From contig CASEZG010000002.1 of NCBI GenBank assembly GCA_949292375.1, forward strand, positions 78,182-142,181: a stretch of 64,000 nt of DNA, written 5' to 3'. Each line of letters opens with the position of its first letter. The stretch's first letter is position 1. The notes under the pieces are model-generated. The model saw only the letters and a program-made list of their open reading frames with translations, searched no databases and had not been told where the DNA came from. The translations under genes were made by a program, and so were the position numbers. This document shows positions 27,538-36,870 of this stretch, piece by piece. This DNA is from an uncultured Pseudomonadota bacterium. GTDB taxonomy: Bacteria > Pseudomonadota > Alphaproteobacteria > RF32 > CAG-239.

Positions 27538-28560
27538 ATGAAACTTAAATTCGTTTTCGGGTGTTTTTTTTCTTTTTTGCTCTGCAATGAGGCTTTGGCG
27601 GTTGATGCCGGTTTGCGTTATATACAGACAAGAGGCTTGGTACGCTGTGGCACGGACCTCTCATCAAAAGCATATGCTTACAAAGATGAAAACGGCTATT
27701 GGCGCGGGATTGACGCAACTTTGTGCCGCGTGCTCGCCGTTGCCGTTTTGGGTGATAAAGACAAGATTGAGATGGTTAATATTCCGAGCAATCAGGTTTC
27801 AAAGTCTTTAGCAACTAACAAAATTGATATTATGCTCGGCGGAACACCCTATTCTGCCAGCAATGAGATTCAATCTCAGGCTGCTCCGATTGACGTTGTT
27901 TATTATGACAAGCAAATGTTTTTAGGTAGAAACGCAGACAAGGCAACCTCTATGGAAGATTATCGCGGAGAAACGGTTTGTGTCGTTAATAATTCTGATG
28001 ATCAATATAATTTAAGCGAGTATAATACGCGCTATAACCTTGATTTTAAGATTTTGCAATTTGCTAATTCGCAACGCGCCAAGGAAGCTTTTCTGCTTAA
28101 ACGCTGCTCCCTTTTGAGCGGGAACGCTCTGTTTCTGAATAATGTTTTGGATACGGTGAGCTCTAAGGATGAAACGACACAAATTTTACCTGAAGTTGTC
28201 AGTATTAAACCCGTTTATGCTTTTGCTGCCAAAGAAAATTATACTTGGAGAGTTTCGGCAAAATGGATATTGAATGCCTTAAAACTCGCAGAAAATATTG
28301 GGATTTCGTCAAATAATGTTGATATTTTTATCGGCATTAAAGATCCTTCATCAAAAAATTTGCTCGGCATTGATGAAAAACTTTGGAGTAAATTTAAGGT
28401 GCGCGACCCCAAATGGCTCAGAACGGCGTTAAAAGAGTTTGGAAACTATGGTGAAATATATGAAAAAAATTTGGGGAAAGAATCGCCTTTTAAGCTTGAA
28501 AGAGAACAAAACAAGCTTATGAAAGATGGCGGAATGATTATTCCCCAGCCGTTTCTCTAA
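27538..28560 (+). CDS. Periplasmic amino-acid ABC transporter substrate-binding protein (family 3 / AapJ-like)
   Basis: Signal peptide. RGLVRCGTD...GYWRGIDATLCRVLAVAVLGD...KIDIMLGGT is typical of SBP_bac_3. Confidence 0.7.
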   Translation: MKLKFVFGCFFSFLLCNEALAVDAGLRYIQTRGLVRCGTDLSSKAYAYKDENGYWRGIDATLCRVLAVAVLGDKDKIEMVNIPSNQVSKSLATNKIDIMLGGTPYSASNEIQSQAAPIDVVYYDKQMFLGRNADKATSMEDYRGETVCVVNNSDDQYNLSEYNTRYNLDFKILQFANSQRAKEAFLLKRCSLLSGNALFLNNVLDTVSSKDETTQILPEVVSIKPVYAFAAKENYTWRVSAKWILNALKLAENIGISSNNVDIFIGIKDPSSKNLLGIDEKLWSKFKVRDPKWLRTALKEFGNYGEIYEKNLGKESPFKLEREQNKLMKDGGMIIPQPFL

Positions 28561-29251
28561 ATTTGCTATTTAAATATTTAGCGGCGACAGACAACGTTTC
28601 TTCCGTGACACGGTGTCTGCCTCCTTCAACGACATAAGTTTCGACCAAGCACCCTAATTTTTGTAAATTTTTTCTAGAAAATTCCTGAGCCTCGAATCTA
28701 ACCAAATTGTCCTCATTGCCATGTATCAGCAATATGTCGGGCGTGCTTTGAGCATGTTTTGCCAAATATTTTGCGGGAGCAAGAATACCGCTGAAGCTTA
28801 TGCAACCCCCAATCTTTTTTTCTCGCATAAGCGATATATATATCGCCAACATTGCCCCTTGAGAAAAGCCGCATAGATACAAATCTTTGTCTTCCAATTG
28901 ATATTCTTCAAGACAATGATCTATGTATGGATTGACATAATCAAAGGCTTCTCGATATCCCGGAGCCATTTTTTCATAAAAAGAAACGCATTCTTTCAAT
29001 GTCGGAACGGTTTTGCGATCATCATTGGGGTCAAAACGATGCAGGGAATACCATTGTCTTTTGTTGGGGTGTATCTCGCACATAAACGGCGATTGTGGCA
29101 CATGAATAGCCACATCGTCCAGCTCATCTATCAGTGGAACAATTGTTTTATCTATTGCCTCAGACGAATCTATGTAGCCATGCAAAAATATGACCAACCT
29201 TTTAGGATAGCCTTTGATGTGTACGATTTCCTCTGTAATTAAATCCGGCAC
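28538..29251 (-). CDS. Phospholipase/carboxylesterase-family alpha/beta hydrolase
   Basis: RLVIFLHGY, nucleophile elbow GFSQGAM, and LLIHGNEDNLV fit the Abhydrolase_2 pattern. Confidence 0.75.
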   Translation of the reverse strand: MPDLITEEIVHIKGYPKRLVIFLHGYIDSSEAIDKTIVPLIDELDDVAIHVPQSPFMCEIHPNKRQWYSLHRFDPNDDRKTVPTLKECVSFYEKMAPGYREAFDYVNPYIDHCLEEYQLEDKDLYLCGFSQGAMLAIYISLMREKKIGGCISFSGILAPAKYLAKHAQSTPDILLIHGNEDNLVRFEAQEFSRKNLQKLGCLVETYVVEGGRHRVTEETLSVAAKYLNSKFRETAGE

Positions 29252-29321
29252 TATTTTAACCTTTTTTATCTTCTACTTGCTTAGTGCTTACTAAAAAAAA
29301 ATTAACATATGTTAAACATAC

Positions 29322-29360
29322 AAAAAAAATATCCCCCCGAAGTTTTATCTACGGGGGGAT
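29322..29360 (-). terminator. Strong rho-independent terminator closing the phage-like operon
   Basis: 9-bp stem ATCCCCCCG/CGGGGGGAT followed on the minus strand by 8 T residues. Confidence 0.7.
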
Positions 29361-29363
29361 AGA

Positions 29364-29558
29364 TTATTCTTTAGGATATTTTTCTTTAATATCCTGCCAT
29401 TTTTCAATAACATCTATTAATTCGTAAGGCAAATCTCCGCCATCTTGCAGTACCATATCAAATGCTTTGAGTATGGCATCCAATTGGTCGCTTAGAGGAA
29501 GTGTTTTTTCATATGCCTTGCGTCTTTTTTCTTGATATGTGAGTTTTCTTCTTGCCAT
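29364..29558 (-). CDS. Phage-cluster hypothetical protein (64 aa)
   Basis: Strong RBS (AAGGAG); last ORF before the terminator. Confidence 0.5.
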   Translation of the reverse strand: MARRKLTYQEKRRKAYEKTLPLSDQLDAILKAFDMVLQDGGDLPYELIDVIEKWQDIKEKYPKE

Positions 29559-29569
29559 GTTTTTCTCCT

Positions 29570-30091
29570 TTATTTCAATACTTTATTGGCAATTGAAAGT
29601 CCTGTATCCAGCAAGTTTTTACGATATTTGTTCTGTGTATTATTATATTCCTCTTCTTGGTTCATAAATTCTAAATTATCTTTTTCGATATCATCAAAAG
29701 CTTCATCAATTAGTCGGTTGTTTGCGGCATCTGCCGATGAAGATGATGAAATGCCCATACTTGCCATCCTTGCATGTCTTGTTGCCAACTGCTGCTCTAA
29801 AATATTTTTCTTTCGTTGCATATTGGCATATTGTAGCAATAGAGCATTTTTTTCTTGTCGTTTTGACGAATTTTTTAAGTCGACCATATTTTTTATATCC
29901 AGAGCAATTCCCATCGGACCTAGCATTGTGCTATATGTTAATCCTCCTTTGCCGGAAGATGCCGCTTTTGAGGCACCTAATGCCGTTGCTGCTCCCATAA
30001 GTCCGCTTGCTGTTCCTGCGGAACCTGCGGCTCCTGCCGTTCCTGCAGCTCCGGCTGTTCCGGCCAAAGCTGCTGCTGATAATCCTCCCAT
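29570..30091 (-). CDS. Phage-cluster protein with a Gly/Ala-rich N-terminus and coiled-coil C-terminus
   Basis: MGGLSAAALAGTAGAAGTAGAAGSAGTASGLMGAATALGASKAASSGKGG followed by a helical polar region. RBS AGGAGA before the ATG at 30091. Confidence 0.5.
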   Translation of the reverse strand: MGGLSAAALAGTAGAAGTAGAAGSAGTASGLMGAATALGASKAASSGKGGLTYSTMLGPMGIALDIKNMVDLKNSSKRQEKNALLLQYANMQRKKNILEQQLATRHARMASMGISSSSSADAANNRLIDEAFDDIEKDNLEFMNQEEEYNNTQNKYRKNLLDTGLSIANKVLK

Positions 30092-30107
30092 AATTTTCTC
30101 CTTTCTT

Positions 30108-32009
30108 TTATCCTTTAATTTTAACTTCCAAGACTGCTGATAGCAAAGTGAATGCCAAAGGTTCATCTGATTTGATGCTCCATAATGGTTTATCCATCTC
30201 TCTTATCCAACCCAAGGCGCGCAAACAAACATCTCCGCTATAAACACTCGGCGGAGCATCCAGAATTTCGTCTTTGAATAATCTTTTCAGAGGAACCTGC
30301 AAATAACCGTTACCCATATCTATACAAAAACTTCTGGTGTTTAAAATTCTGAATAAGCCGCTGATTACTCTTAGTGCTTGCGGAGAATATGGTTTTACGG
30401 CTTCGGCGACATAAGGTAATGGTTCTATGATATGCTCATAAGGAAGTCCTACTTCTACTTCGGAGGCTTCTTCCAAAAGACTGATACAACCATTTTCTAC
30501 CATATATTTGCCAACACTAAAGCCATCTGCCAATACAGAGACTTCACATCCTTCCAAATGCTCTAGTCCTGACCAATCTTTTTGAGACTGTTCTGCCTGA
30601 AGTTTGATAGCACAATCAGCATAAAATTCATTACTCATCTTTTCTAGATAGTACCCATTTGCTCTTTGCGTACAGAAGTAAACTTCGTTGGATATTACGG
30701 CAACGGATAAGAAATTTCCTTCCGTTTTTAATTTACTCCAAGCCGTTACTTCTTCTGTTCTATAACTTGTTAAGCAAGATACACTGCCATCTGCTAACAC
30801 GATATAGAGAACGCATTCATCTTTGCTGAAATCGTTATCCATAGGATTTTTTATAATATCTCCAGACATTAATGTTAGGTCTTTTGACTGATACGCTTGT
30901 TCCGTATCTGTATATAAAAATTCCCTTAATTGGTTTCCGCTTTGTGAAACAAAAACGGTAGCTCCATCAATCTGCTGCGGATATATGCTGCACTTGTCGT
31001 AACTTCCCGTACTGGTTTGTCGACTGAGCTGAATGCTGGTTGGGGTTAAAGGATCTCCGCTGACCATCCATTCTGCTCCGGTGGTAAAGACCAATAAGTG
31101 TCTTGCTGACACCAATGCCTTAATTGTATTTACCTGATCTGACAAAATACCAAACTCTATCGATTCATCATCCAATCCTGTTCCGATGTCAAAGTTAAAT
31201 AAATCTCCTGACTTTGAAAACCATAAACGGTTTGGTAAGCTTCTAGAACCACCAAAGACTAAACGATTCTGATGGAAAGTCACCGAATTTGGCCAACCGC
31301 GACGCGGTGAATATGCGGATTCCTCCCAATCTATGGTTTCAGAGCCTGAACTCAGCGACTTTTTTACGGTTCCCTTAACTGATGTTGAACTTACATATTC
31401 CGTAATTTCGATTTGCCCATTGCTGATATTAATCAGTGTTCCGACTGTTTCCGGTGTAAAAATCTCAGATGAAGATTTGACGGTAACTGTTCCGCTGCTT
31501 CCGCTTGAAGAAATTTTTACTTTATGATTGTAAAAATTATAGAATGGACAATAGATTTTTCCGTCTTTGGAATAAAATTCCATTTTTGCAATTTGCCAAT
31601 CTTCATTATCTCCACGGGTTATTTGTTGTGGTTCGACATCTGGATGAACAACTAATAACGTATCTGCACTCTGTGTATAATTTAAGCTGTTTAACTGAGC
31701 TTCCGTCCACGGAGACGTTAGTGTCTTGATGCATTCTCCTTCTTTATAAATCTTAATTTCACCTTCGCTGATGCAAATCAGATATATTTGTTCCGTGTTG
31801 AACTCAAACGGAATAAGTCTGGCCCTTTGGGGTAAAGTATCAATCAGAGCCAGACCTTTGCGACGAGAAACACCTCCCGTTGGTTGAATAATTACATTTT
31901 CTAGCGTACGCGCACCATTTTCAAATATACTTAAATCACCGCGACCATACAGATTTCTGCCAATGCATCCTGCCGTGAAATTTGTTTTAACTTGTCGCAA
32001 ATTACTCAT
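30108..32009 (-). CDS. Phage tail/nozzle-position protein (T7 gp12-like position; phage stabilisation-protein-like)
   Basis: 633 aa, second ORF after the capsid module, ATGA overlap with the upstream ORF. Assignment is by synteny and vague N-terminal resemblance only. Confidence 0.45.
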   Translation of the reverse strand: MSNLRQVKTNFTAGCIGRNLYGRGDLSIFENGARTLENVIIQPTGGVSRRKGLALIDTLPQRARLIPFEFNTEQIYLICISEGEIKIYKEGECIKTLTSPWTEAQLNSLNYTQSADTLLVVHPDVEPQQITRGDNEDWQIAKMEFYSKDGKIYCPFYNFYNHKVKISSSGSSGTVTVKSSSEIFTPETVGTLINISNGQIEITEYVSSTSVKGTVKKSLSSGSETIDWEESAYSPRRGWPNSVTFHQNRLVFGGSRSLPNRLWFSKSGDLFNFDIGTGLDDESIEFGILSDQVNTIKALVSARHLLVFTTGAEWMVSGDPLTPTSIQLSRQTSTGSYDKCSIYPQQIDGATVFVSQSGNQLREFLYTDTEQAYQSKDLTLMSGDIIKNPMDNDFSKDECVLYIVLADGSVSCLTSYRTEEVTAWSKLKTEGNFLSVAVISNEVYFCTQRANGYYLEKMSNEFYADCAIKLQAEQSQKDWSGLEHLEGCEVSVLADGFSVGKYMVENGCISLLEEASEVEVGLPYEHIIEPLPYVAEAVKPYSPQALRVISGLFRILNTRSFCIDMGNGYLQVPLKRLFKDEILDAPPSVYSGDVCLRALGWIREMDKPLWSIKSDEPLAFTLLSAVLEVKIKG

Positions 32010-32575
32010 TGTCTGGCCTCCACCAAAGTAAAGTCCTCAAAACGTGTCGGGGTTGACTGTTGAGCATCAATTAAACGGGTTCTTTTTTCCAATTCCTCAA
32101 AGTTTTTTTGCAAATAATCCGAGCGCGTTGTGCTTTCGGTCAACGGCAAACAAAACTCTGCGGCCAAGCGTGCAATCAATAACTCACAAAAATATGCCGG
32201 AAATAAACTTTCGTGCGGGCGAAAAATATATGTTAAGTTAACTTCCGGTGCATTTGTATGTAGGCGGTTTTCTATAATCCGATATACTATCCCTCTTCCG
32301 TTGCAACCGCTTCCCGCTGACAACACGCGTAAAAAGTCATTTGGAAGCTGATAGGCATAACTATAATCAGCCAAGGGTATATCCGCCAATCTGGGGAGGG
32401 ATTTTTGTCCGACAGCAAAACTCCATGGATATGAAGCAAGTAGACCATCTCTTATCATCGGATATAAATTTGCCGCTACCTCCGCTTCTGCCGTGCCGTC
32501 TAAAAATGAAGTAATACTTTCTGCTCCGATTTTTAACAAAGCATTTGAACATATGCTAATGTCGGTATAAGCCAT
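32006..32575 (-). CDS. Phage adaptor / tail-tubular-A-position protein (T7 gp11-like position)
   Basis: 189 aa from the ATG at 32575 (RBS GGAGA). Assignment is by gene order. Confidence 0.4.
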   Translation of the reverse strand: MAYTDISICSNALLKIGAESITSFLDGTAEAEVAANLYPMIRDGLLASYPWSFAVGQKSLPRLADIPLADYSYAYQLPNDFLRVLSAGSGCNGRGIVYRIIENRLHTNAPEVNLTYIFRPHESLFPAYFCELLIARLAAEFCLPLTESTTRSDYLQKNFEELEKRTRLIDAQQSTPTRFEDFTLVEARQ

Positions 32576-32588
32576 TTCGTTTCTCCAT

Positions 32589-32623
32589 AAAAAAATGGGA
32601 AGCCGCTTTTTACACGACTTCCC
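32589..32623 (-). terminator. Weak terminator-like hairpin after the capsid module
   Basis: GGGAAG-15 nt-CTTCCC followed by A+7T on the minus strand. The stem is short and the loop long, so the call is tentative. Confidence 0.3.
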
Positions 32624-32655
32624 GATTATCATTTGCTAATAATGCATTGGTTTAT

Positions 32656-32916
32656 TTAGGCAGCGGCAGCCTGCGCAATATCCGCAACAGTGACTGAACC
32701 TGCCGCAATATCCGTTACCGACAAAATTGCCGAAGCAACGGCTGCGGCATTATTGGCCACAACCAAAATCATATCTCCCTTGCGTGCAAAAGCGGAAACA
32801 TCATTGAAATATCCCTCTCCTTTTACGGTTTCTAAGGTATCTGGGGTTTGATAGTTCCAGAGAGTGAAACCATTCGCATAAGCCATTACGCTAAAGTTTT
32901 TTGAATTAAAAGCCAT
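32656..32916 (-). CDS. Phage-cluster hypothetical protein (86 aa, possible head decoration by position)
   Basis: ORF directly after the capsid gene, with an Ala-rich C-terminus. Confidence 0.45.
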   Translation of the reverse strand: MAFNSKNFSVMAYANGFTLWNYQTPDTLETVKGEGYFNDVSAFARKGDMILVVANNAAAVASAILSVTDIAAGSVTVADIAQAAAA

Positions 32917-32939
32917 TTTTTTATTCCTTTCTTATTTTA

Positions 32940-33770
32940 CTAAATTGAAGCTTCTTTACATTTGATGCGGATAACGCCTGTTCCGTCAATCAGACAAGCA
33001 CCTTGACTCATCATATTATTGACGAAATGTGCGGCATGGTCACCGTGCCAACTGATGTCTGATTTTACTTCCTGACCACAAGCATGTCCTACTGCCGTCT
33101 TATGGAAAATGAAGCAGTCACGATTGGTGCCGTCAAGCGGCAATCCTGTATGCATAATCCAGTTTATACCCAACCATTTGCGGCTTTCCGTACCCTTCAA
33201 GAACGGTAAGTTATCTCCGGCATAATCCGAATTTGAAAATTCCTGAATATTCAGCAAAGCATTCCACTGATGCGGACCAACCAAGCCAAAACGCTGACCA
33301 TCATCCGGAACATCGTTTTCATTCAACTTAGCAAAAGCATCCAAGATTTCTTTTTTGGTCATAACTTCGGCATAATCACCAACATCATTTTCCGACCCGA
33401 CCTGAGACAAGGCATTTATAATCAACTCGTCTGTCTTGCGGCCCAAAGCATAGGCTCCGGAGTTAGCAATAACCCGACGTTCGTCAATGCTCAATTTGAG
33501 CTCATCCAAAGCATCTACCCAATCGCCGGCATAGTAATCCTGCAGCTCGCATTCAACGGGAGAATGATCCAAGCTCATTACCGGAACCAAGCCATGGCGT
33601 GCTTTTTGAGAGGCAATGCCTTTGCCAACTTTTTGGAATACGGTTGAAGAGCCCTTTACACCATTTTTATAACGAACGGTATTTCTCAGCTTAGAACCAT
33701 TTTGCTGGTAGCAAAGATGAACGTCTGCTTCAAATTGTTTGATAAAAGATTCACTTACTTGTGTTGACAT
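32940..33770 (-). CDS. Phage major capsid protein
   Basis: 276 aa, directly after the scaffold gene. The N-terminus SFIKQFEADVHLCYQQNGSKLRNTV resembles capsid proteins of BPP-1-like podoviruses as I recall them. Confidence 0.65.
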   Translation of the reverse strand: MSTQVSESFIKQFEADVHLCYQQNGSKLRNTVRYKNGVKGSSTVFQKVGKGIASQKARHGLVPVMSLDHSPVECELQDYYAGDWVDALDELKLSIDERRVIANSGAYALGRKTDELIINALSQVGSENDVGDYAEVMTKKEILDAFAKLNENDVPDDGQRFGLVGPHQWNALLNIQEFSNSDYAGDNLPFLKGTESRKWLGINWIMHTGLPLDGTNRDCFIFHKTAVGHACGQEVKSDISWHGDHAAHFVNNMMSQGACLIDGTGVIRIKCKEASI

Positions 33771-33814
33771 TATTTTTTCTCCATAAAATTAAAAAAAAGA
33801 TTTTTGTTTTGGTT

Positions 33815-33846
33815 AAAAAAAATCCTGAGTTCTTATTTCTCAGGAT
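33815..33846 (-). terminator. Terminator-like hairpin spanning the scaffold stop codon, upstream of the capsid gene
   Basis: ATCCTGAG-9 nt-CTCAGGAT followed by 8 T on the minus strand. Confidence 0.4.
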
Positions 33847-34528
33847 AAAGTTTTTCAAAGCCTTTGGTGATTTTGGCGATATAGGCCTTATCTTTGTCGC
33901 GCCAATAACGCGGATCTTCCATCATCTTGCGCAAATTTTCTTCGCTTAAGTCCTCGCCGAGATCTCTATCTTTGCCTAAAGACGGCTCGTTTGATGACAT
34001 CATTTTATACAAGGCAATGACACCGTCTGCCGTTGACCCCAAGGCTTCATATACATCCGTTTGCAGATTTCTTTTTGCCCAAACGGAAATCTGGCGACAA
34101 ATCTCACTGAATTTTTCCTCAGAACCAAAATAGCGTTTAAGTTTATCCAGTTGTCTTTCCGCTTCATAATCTGACGCAAGACTGTCTAAGACCGGAATAA
34201 CTCTTTCGTTGGCTAAATCATAAACCAACTGAGCCTGATCATTGGTAAAGCCTTTTTCATAAAAGCGTTTGAAAATTTCATCATCTCTGTCAAGCAAAGG
34301 ATGCGGAAAATTAAGTTCATATTTGTCATAACTTTCCGGCATATTGCGTTTATGAATCTCAACCAAATTATCATCGCGAGAAGCCATATAATTATAATCT
34401 TCAATCAATGCCTCAAGGTTTATCTGTCCGGTTTTCTCATTCCAGAATTTATCCGGAAGTCCGGCCGGTTTGCCCATATTGGCGGAAGGCGATTTTTCAA
34501 TCAAATTTCCTTCAATGTGTTTGTTCAT
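33833..34528 (-). CDS. Phage scaffolding / capsid assembly protein
   Basis: 231-aa helical, charged protein between the portal and capsid genes. LPDKFWNEKTGQINLEALIEDYNYM is scaffold-like. Confidence 0.55.
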   Translation of the reverse strand: MNKHIEGNLIEKSPSANMGKPAGLPDKFWNEKTGQINLEALIEDYNYMASRDDNLVEIHKRNMPESYDKYELNFPHPLLDRDDEIFKRFYEKGFTNDQAQLVYDLANERVIPVLDSLASDYEAERQLDKLKRYFGSEEKFSEICRQISVWAKRNLQTDVYEALGSTADGVIALYKMMSSNEPSLGKDRDLGEDLSEENLRKMMEDPRYWRDKDKAYIAKITKGFEKLYPEK

Positions 34529-34555
34529 TATTTTTCCTTTCAAAAAAAGAAGTTG

Positions 34556-34780
34556 TTAAAATTTGTTACCAGAGAGCGACAAGATACAACTTACTAAATG
34601 CCGCTGGCCTTCCAGATGTCTTAAGGCATCGGAAGAGCTATCCGGCCCGAGATATCGCTCTATAGTAATTTTTCTTAGATGGGAAAGGACTATTCGCCCT
34701 TCTCTGCTTGCAAAACACCTGACATAAGCATTGCGGATTTCCTCATCGCTCATGCCTTTGGTATCATAAAGTTCCGACAT
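34556..34780 (-). CDS. Small phage protein (Bbp19-like, tentative)
   Basis: 74 aa. DEEIRNAYVRCFASREGRIVLSHLR...LEGQRHLVSCIL resembles the Bbp19 family as I remember it. Overlaps the portal 3' end by 17 nt. Confidence 0.35.
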   Translation of the reverse strand: MSELYDTKGMSDEEIRNAYVRCFASREGRIVLSHLRKITIERYLGPDSSSDALRHLEGQRHLVSCILSLSGNKF

Positions 34781-36323
34781 TTTGCGTTGTCTCCCCGGTT
34801 ACCAGAGAAGCCAGCTCTGCCAAACCAGTTTCTGTATCCGGTTTGTTTTCAACAATTAATGATGCCGGAACATTCAGGGTATGTCCGAGCCATTTGGCGG
34901 CCTCAAACATATTTACGGCTGCTTGCCCATCTGCACCGAGCATTGCCGCCTGAGTAATCCATTCGGTTACATTGCTGACATCCTTTCTTGCCTGAGACAT
35001 TGCCAAAGGGGATTTATACTGAAGGTCAACAATCTTGCCGTCCAGATCAAAATTCATAACATCTCCGCGCCTTCTTAAGATGCAAAATGCTCTTTTAAGC
35101 AACGGGGTTAAAAGTTCTGATTGAAGTCGGCCGAAGCTTGCGCCCAAAATGCGCGCAATTTCTGCCGAGCGTTCTAAAACCTCTGTCGCGGTCATTGAGG
35201 GTGTATTGATTTCGGCCAACCTATCCGCCAACAAAGCATGATTGATTCTTTTGCGCAAATCTTCCAAAACAAGCTGCGACACATCAAATTTTCCGGGGGC
35301 TTCCAAAGCTGTAAGCCCCTTTGAGCCTACGGCTTTGGGAATTATGGCTCCGGGAACCAATTTAATATTTGCCGGATTGAGCACGCCGTCATCATCAGCT
35401 TGCCAAATGCCTGTTACAGAAATGGAAGCATTTTTCAAAATCAGCTCCACAACTTTGTTAGCGGTTTTAATGTCTGGCAATGCTTTCATTACCGGCGAAC
35501 GCCCATAAATTTCTCCGGGAGCTTTCAGCCAGCGAAAGTTGATAAACGGTGAGGTTTCGAATACTCCTTCTCTCAAAATAAAGCCGGAATTATTCCCAAC
35601 ATCACTATCCCAGATAAATGCCGTATAATCATAACCGCAAGAACCGCAATTGCCGTTGCGCGGCACCACCGCTTCTATCAAACGGACTTTATAATCCGGC
35701 TCGTCTTCGCTTTTCTTTAAAAAATCTGCCGGAACTTCGCTTTCCGGAAAACGTTCTCTGATTCCGCCCAAGTTAATACGCGAGCATCTGAAGGTGGTAT
35801 CAATTTTTCCGGATGCGCTTTCTTCAATGGCTATTTCTCTTAATGGAACCGCATAAAACCGAAATGCCGAAGCTTCGCCCAAAGGTGCTTCTTCAAACAT
35901 TAGGCAAGCCGTACCTGCCGTTACTAAATCCAAATAACACTGATGAATTTCTACTGCAAAATTAGAGTGCTCAAAATTTTGAAGCATAATATCCGTTGTT
36001 TTTTCCAAAACAGGTGCTACTTGTGTTTTTTCGGCTTCCGTAAGTTCGTTTCCCGATTTTAAGCCAAACCATTTTGCCCAAGCCGGTGTTAACTCCGCCA
36101 ACAAAGATGAAGCTAATTGATCTACTGCATCTGGAGCTGTTCCATCGTACAAATGCAAATTATTTTTTGCACCATAGTTTTCGTACAAACCTTCTGAACT
36201 TACATTTTCTCGTTGCGGAAATGCATATTCATAACACTCGCGCCAGTGTTCCTCCCAGTTATTTTTCTTCTCTGAGGCTTTCTGATAACGTGCCACCAAT
36301 TTTTCAAGTTTGTCGTTTTCCAT
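34764..36323 (-). CDS. Phage portal (head-to-tail connector, podovirus/T7 gp8 type)
   Basis: 519 aa. The N-terminus LEKLVARYQKASEKKNNWEEHWRECYEYAFPQRE is typical of the podoviral head-tail connector family. Confidence 0.8.
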   Translation of the reverse strand: MENDKLEKLVARYQKASEKKNNWEEHWRECYEYAFPQRENVSSEGLYENYGAKNNLHLYDGTAPDAVDQLASSLLAELTPAWAKWFGLKSGNELTEAEKTQVAPVLEKTTDIMLQNFEHSNFAVEIHQCYLDLVTAGTACLMFEEAPLGEASAFRFYAVPLREIAIEESASGKIDTTFRCSRINLGGIRERFPESEVPADFLKKSEDEPDYKVRLIEAVVPRNGNCGSCGYDYTAFIWDSDVGNNSGFILREGVFETSPFINFRWLKAPGEIYGRSPVMKALPDIKTANKVVELILKNASISVTGIWQADDDGVLNPANIKLVPGAIIPKAVGSKGLTALEAPGKFDVSQLVLEDLRKRINHALLADRLAEINTPSMTATEVLERSAEIARILGASFGRLQSELLTPLLKRAFCILRRRGDVMNFDLDGKIVDLQYKSPLAMSQARKDVSNVTEWITQAAMLGADGQAAVNMFEAAKWLGHTLNVPASLIVENKPDTETGLAELASLVTGETTQNVGTL

Positions 36324-36325
36324 TT

Positions 36326-36523
36326 TTATTCTCCGAGAAGTTTTTTACGATCCGGTTGCGTATCTTCTTTATTGTTATTTTCTTCCTCCTTAATTCCCGT
36401 ATAAGAAGTTTTGACCAAACTATCATAACCTCGATGTTTACGCGCCAGTTCTTCTTTTCTTTTACGGTCTTGTTCCATTGCCTGCAAAATTAGAAGTTTG
36501 CGAGATGGTTTAAATCCTCCCAT
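36326..36523 (-). CDS. Phage-cluster small basic protein (65 aa)
   Basis: ORF packed against the portal start. No family recognised. Confidence 0.35.
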   Translation of the reverse strand: MGGFKPSRKLLILQAMEQDRKRKEELARKHRGYDSLVKTSYTGIKEEENNNKEDTQPDRKKLLGE

Positions 36524-36550
36524 TGTTTGTTCCTTTCATTTATGTTGAAG

Positions 36551-36868
36551 TTATTTTTTTGTTTTAAATTTTGAATTTTTTGAAGATGACAAAGAATCGC
36601 ATTTTACAAAAGCAATACCCAGGACACCGAGTGCCACCCCCCATAAAGATGATGTATCAACCATTGCCATAATAATTTCGGGGGCCTTGGGGTTTCCGCC
36701 CACGGCAACCCAACAAATTGTGCTCATAACCATAAGCCAAGCAACAGACACGGACCAGCCAAATGCAGCTTGCCATAATGGTTTGCTCGTTTTTCCTTTT
36801 TTACTTTTGATATTAATTTGATGCACAAACTTAAAAGGCAGGAAAAAAGCATTTATCAATTTGTTCAT
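36551..36868 (-). CDS. Phage membrane protein, holin candidate (2 TM)
   Basis: Two hydrophobic segments (FGWSVSVAWLMVMSTICWVAV; LWGVALGVLGIAFV) and a basic tail. Adjacent to the endolysin. Confidence 0.45.
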   Translation of the reverse strand: MNKLINAFFLPFKFVHQINIKSKKGKTSKPLWQAAFGWSVSVAWLMVMSTICWVAVGGNPKAPEIIMAMVDTSSLWGVALGVLGIAFVKCDSLSSSKNSKFKTKK

Positions 36869-36870
36869 TT

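Noticed and set aside
29252-29363. Possible att-like direct repeats flanking the cluster (aacata[c]aaaaaaa near 29315 versus near 40252), and a perfect 14-bp palindrome TTAACATATGTTAA at 29302-29315
   Set aside because: The shared string is short, imperfect and poly-A rich, so it is expected by chance in AT-rich intergenic DNA. The palindrome is real, but I cannot support any function for it (it might be a binding site).
29532-30140. 202-aa plus-strand ORF with a Pro/Ala-rich stretch (PAEPAAPAVPAAPAVPAKAAA)
   Set aside because: It is the antisense mirror of the Gly/Ala-repeat gene at 29570-30091. The minus-strand ORF has the RBS and fits the operon. The low-complexity composition simply keeps the opposite frame open.
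36074-36493. 139-aa plus-strand ORF in the phage-like cluster
   Set aside because: It is antisense to the portal 5' end and the 65-aa ORF. All supported genes in the cluster are on the minus strand.
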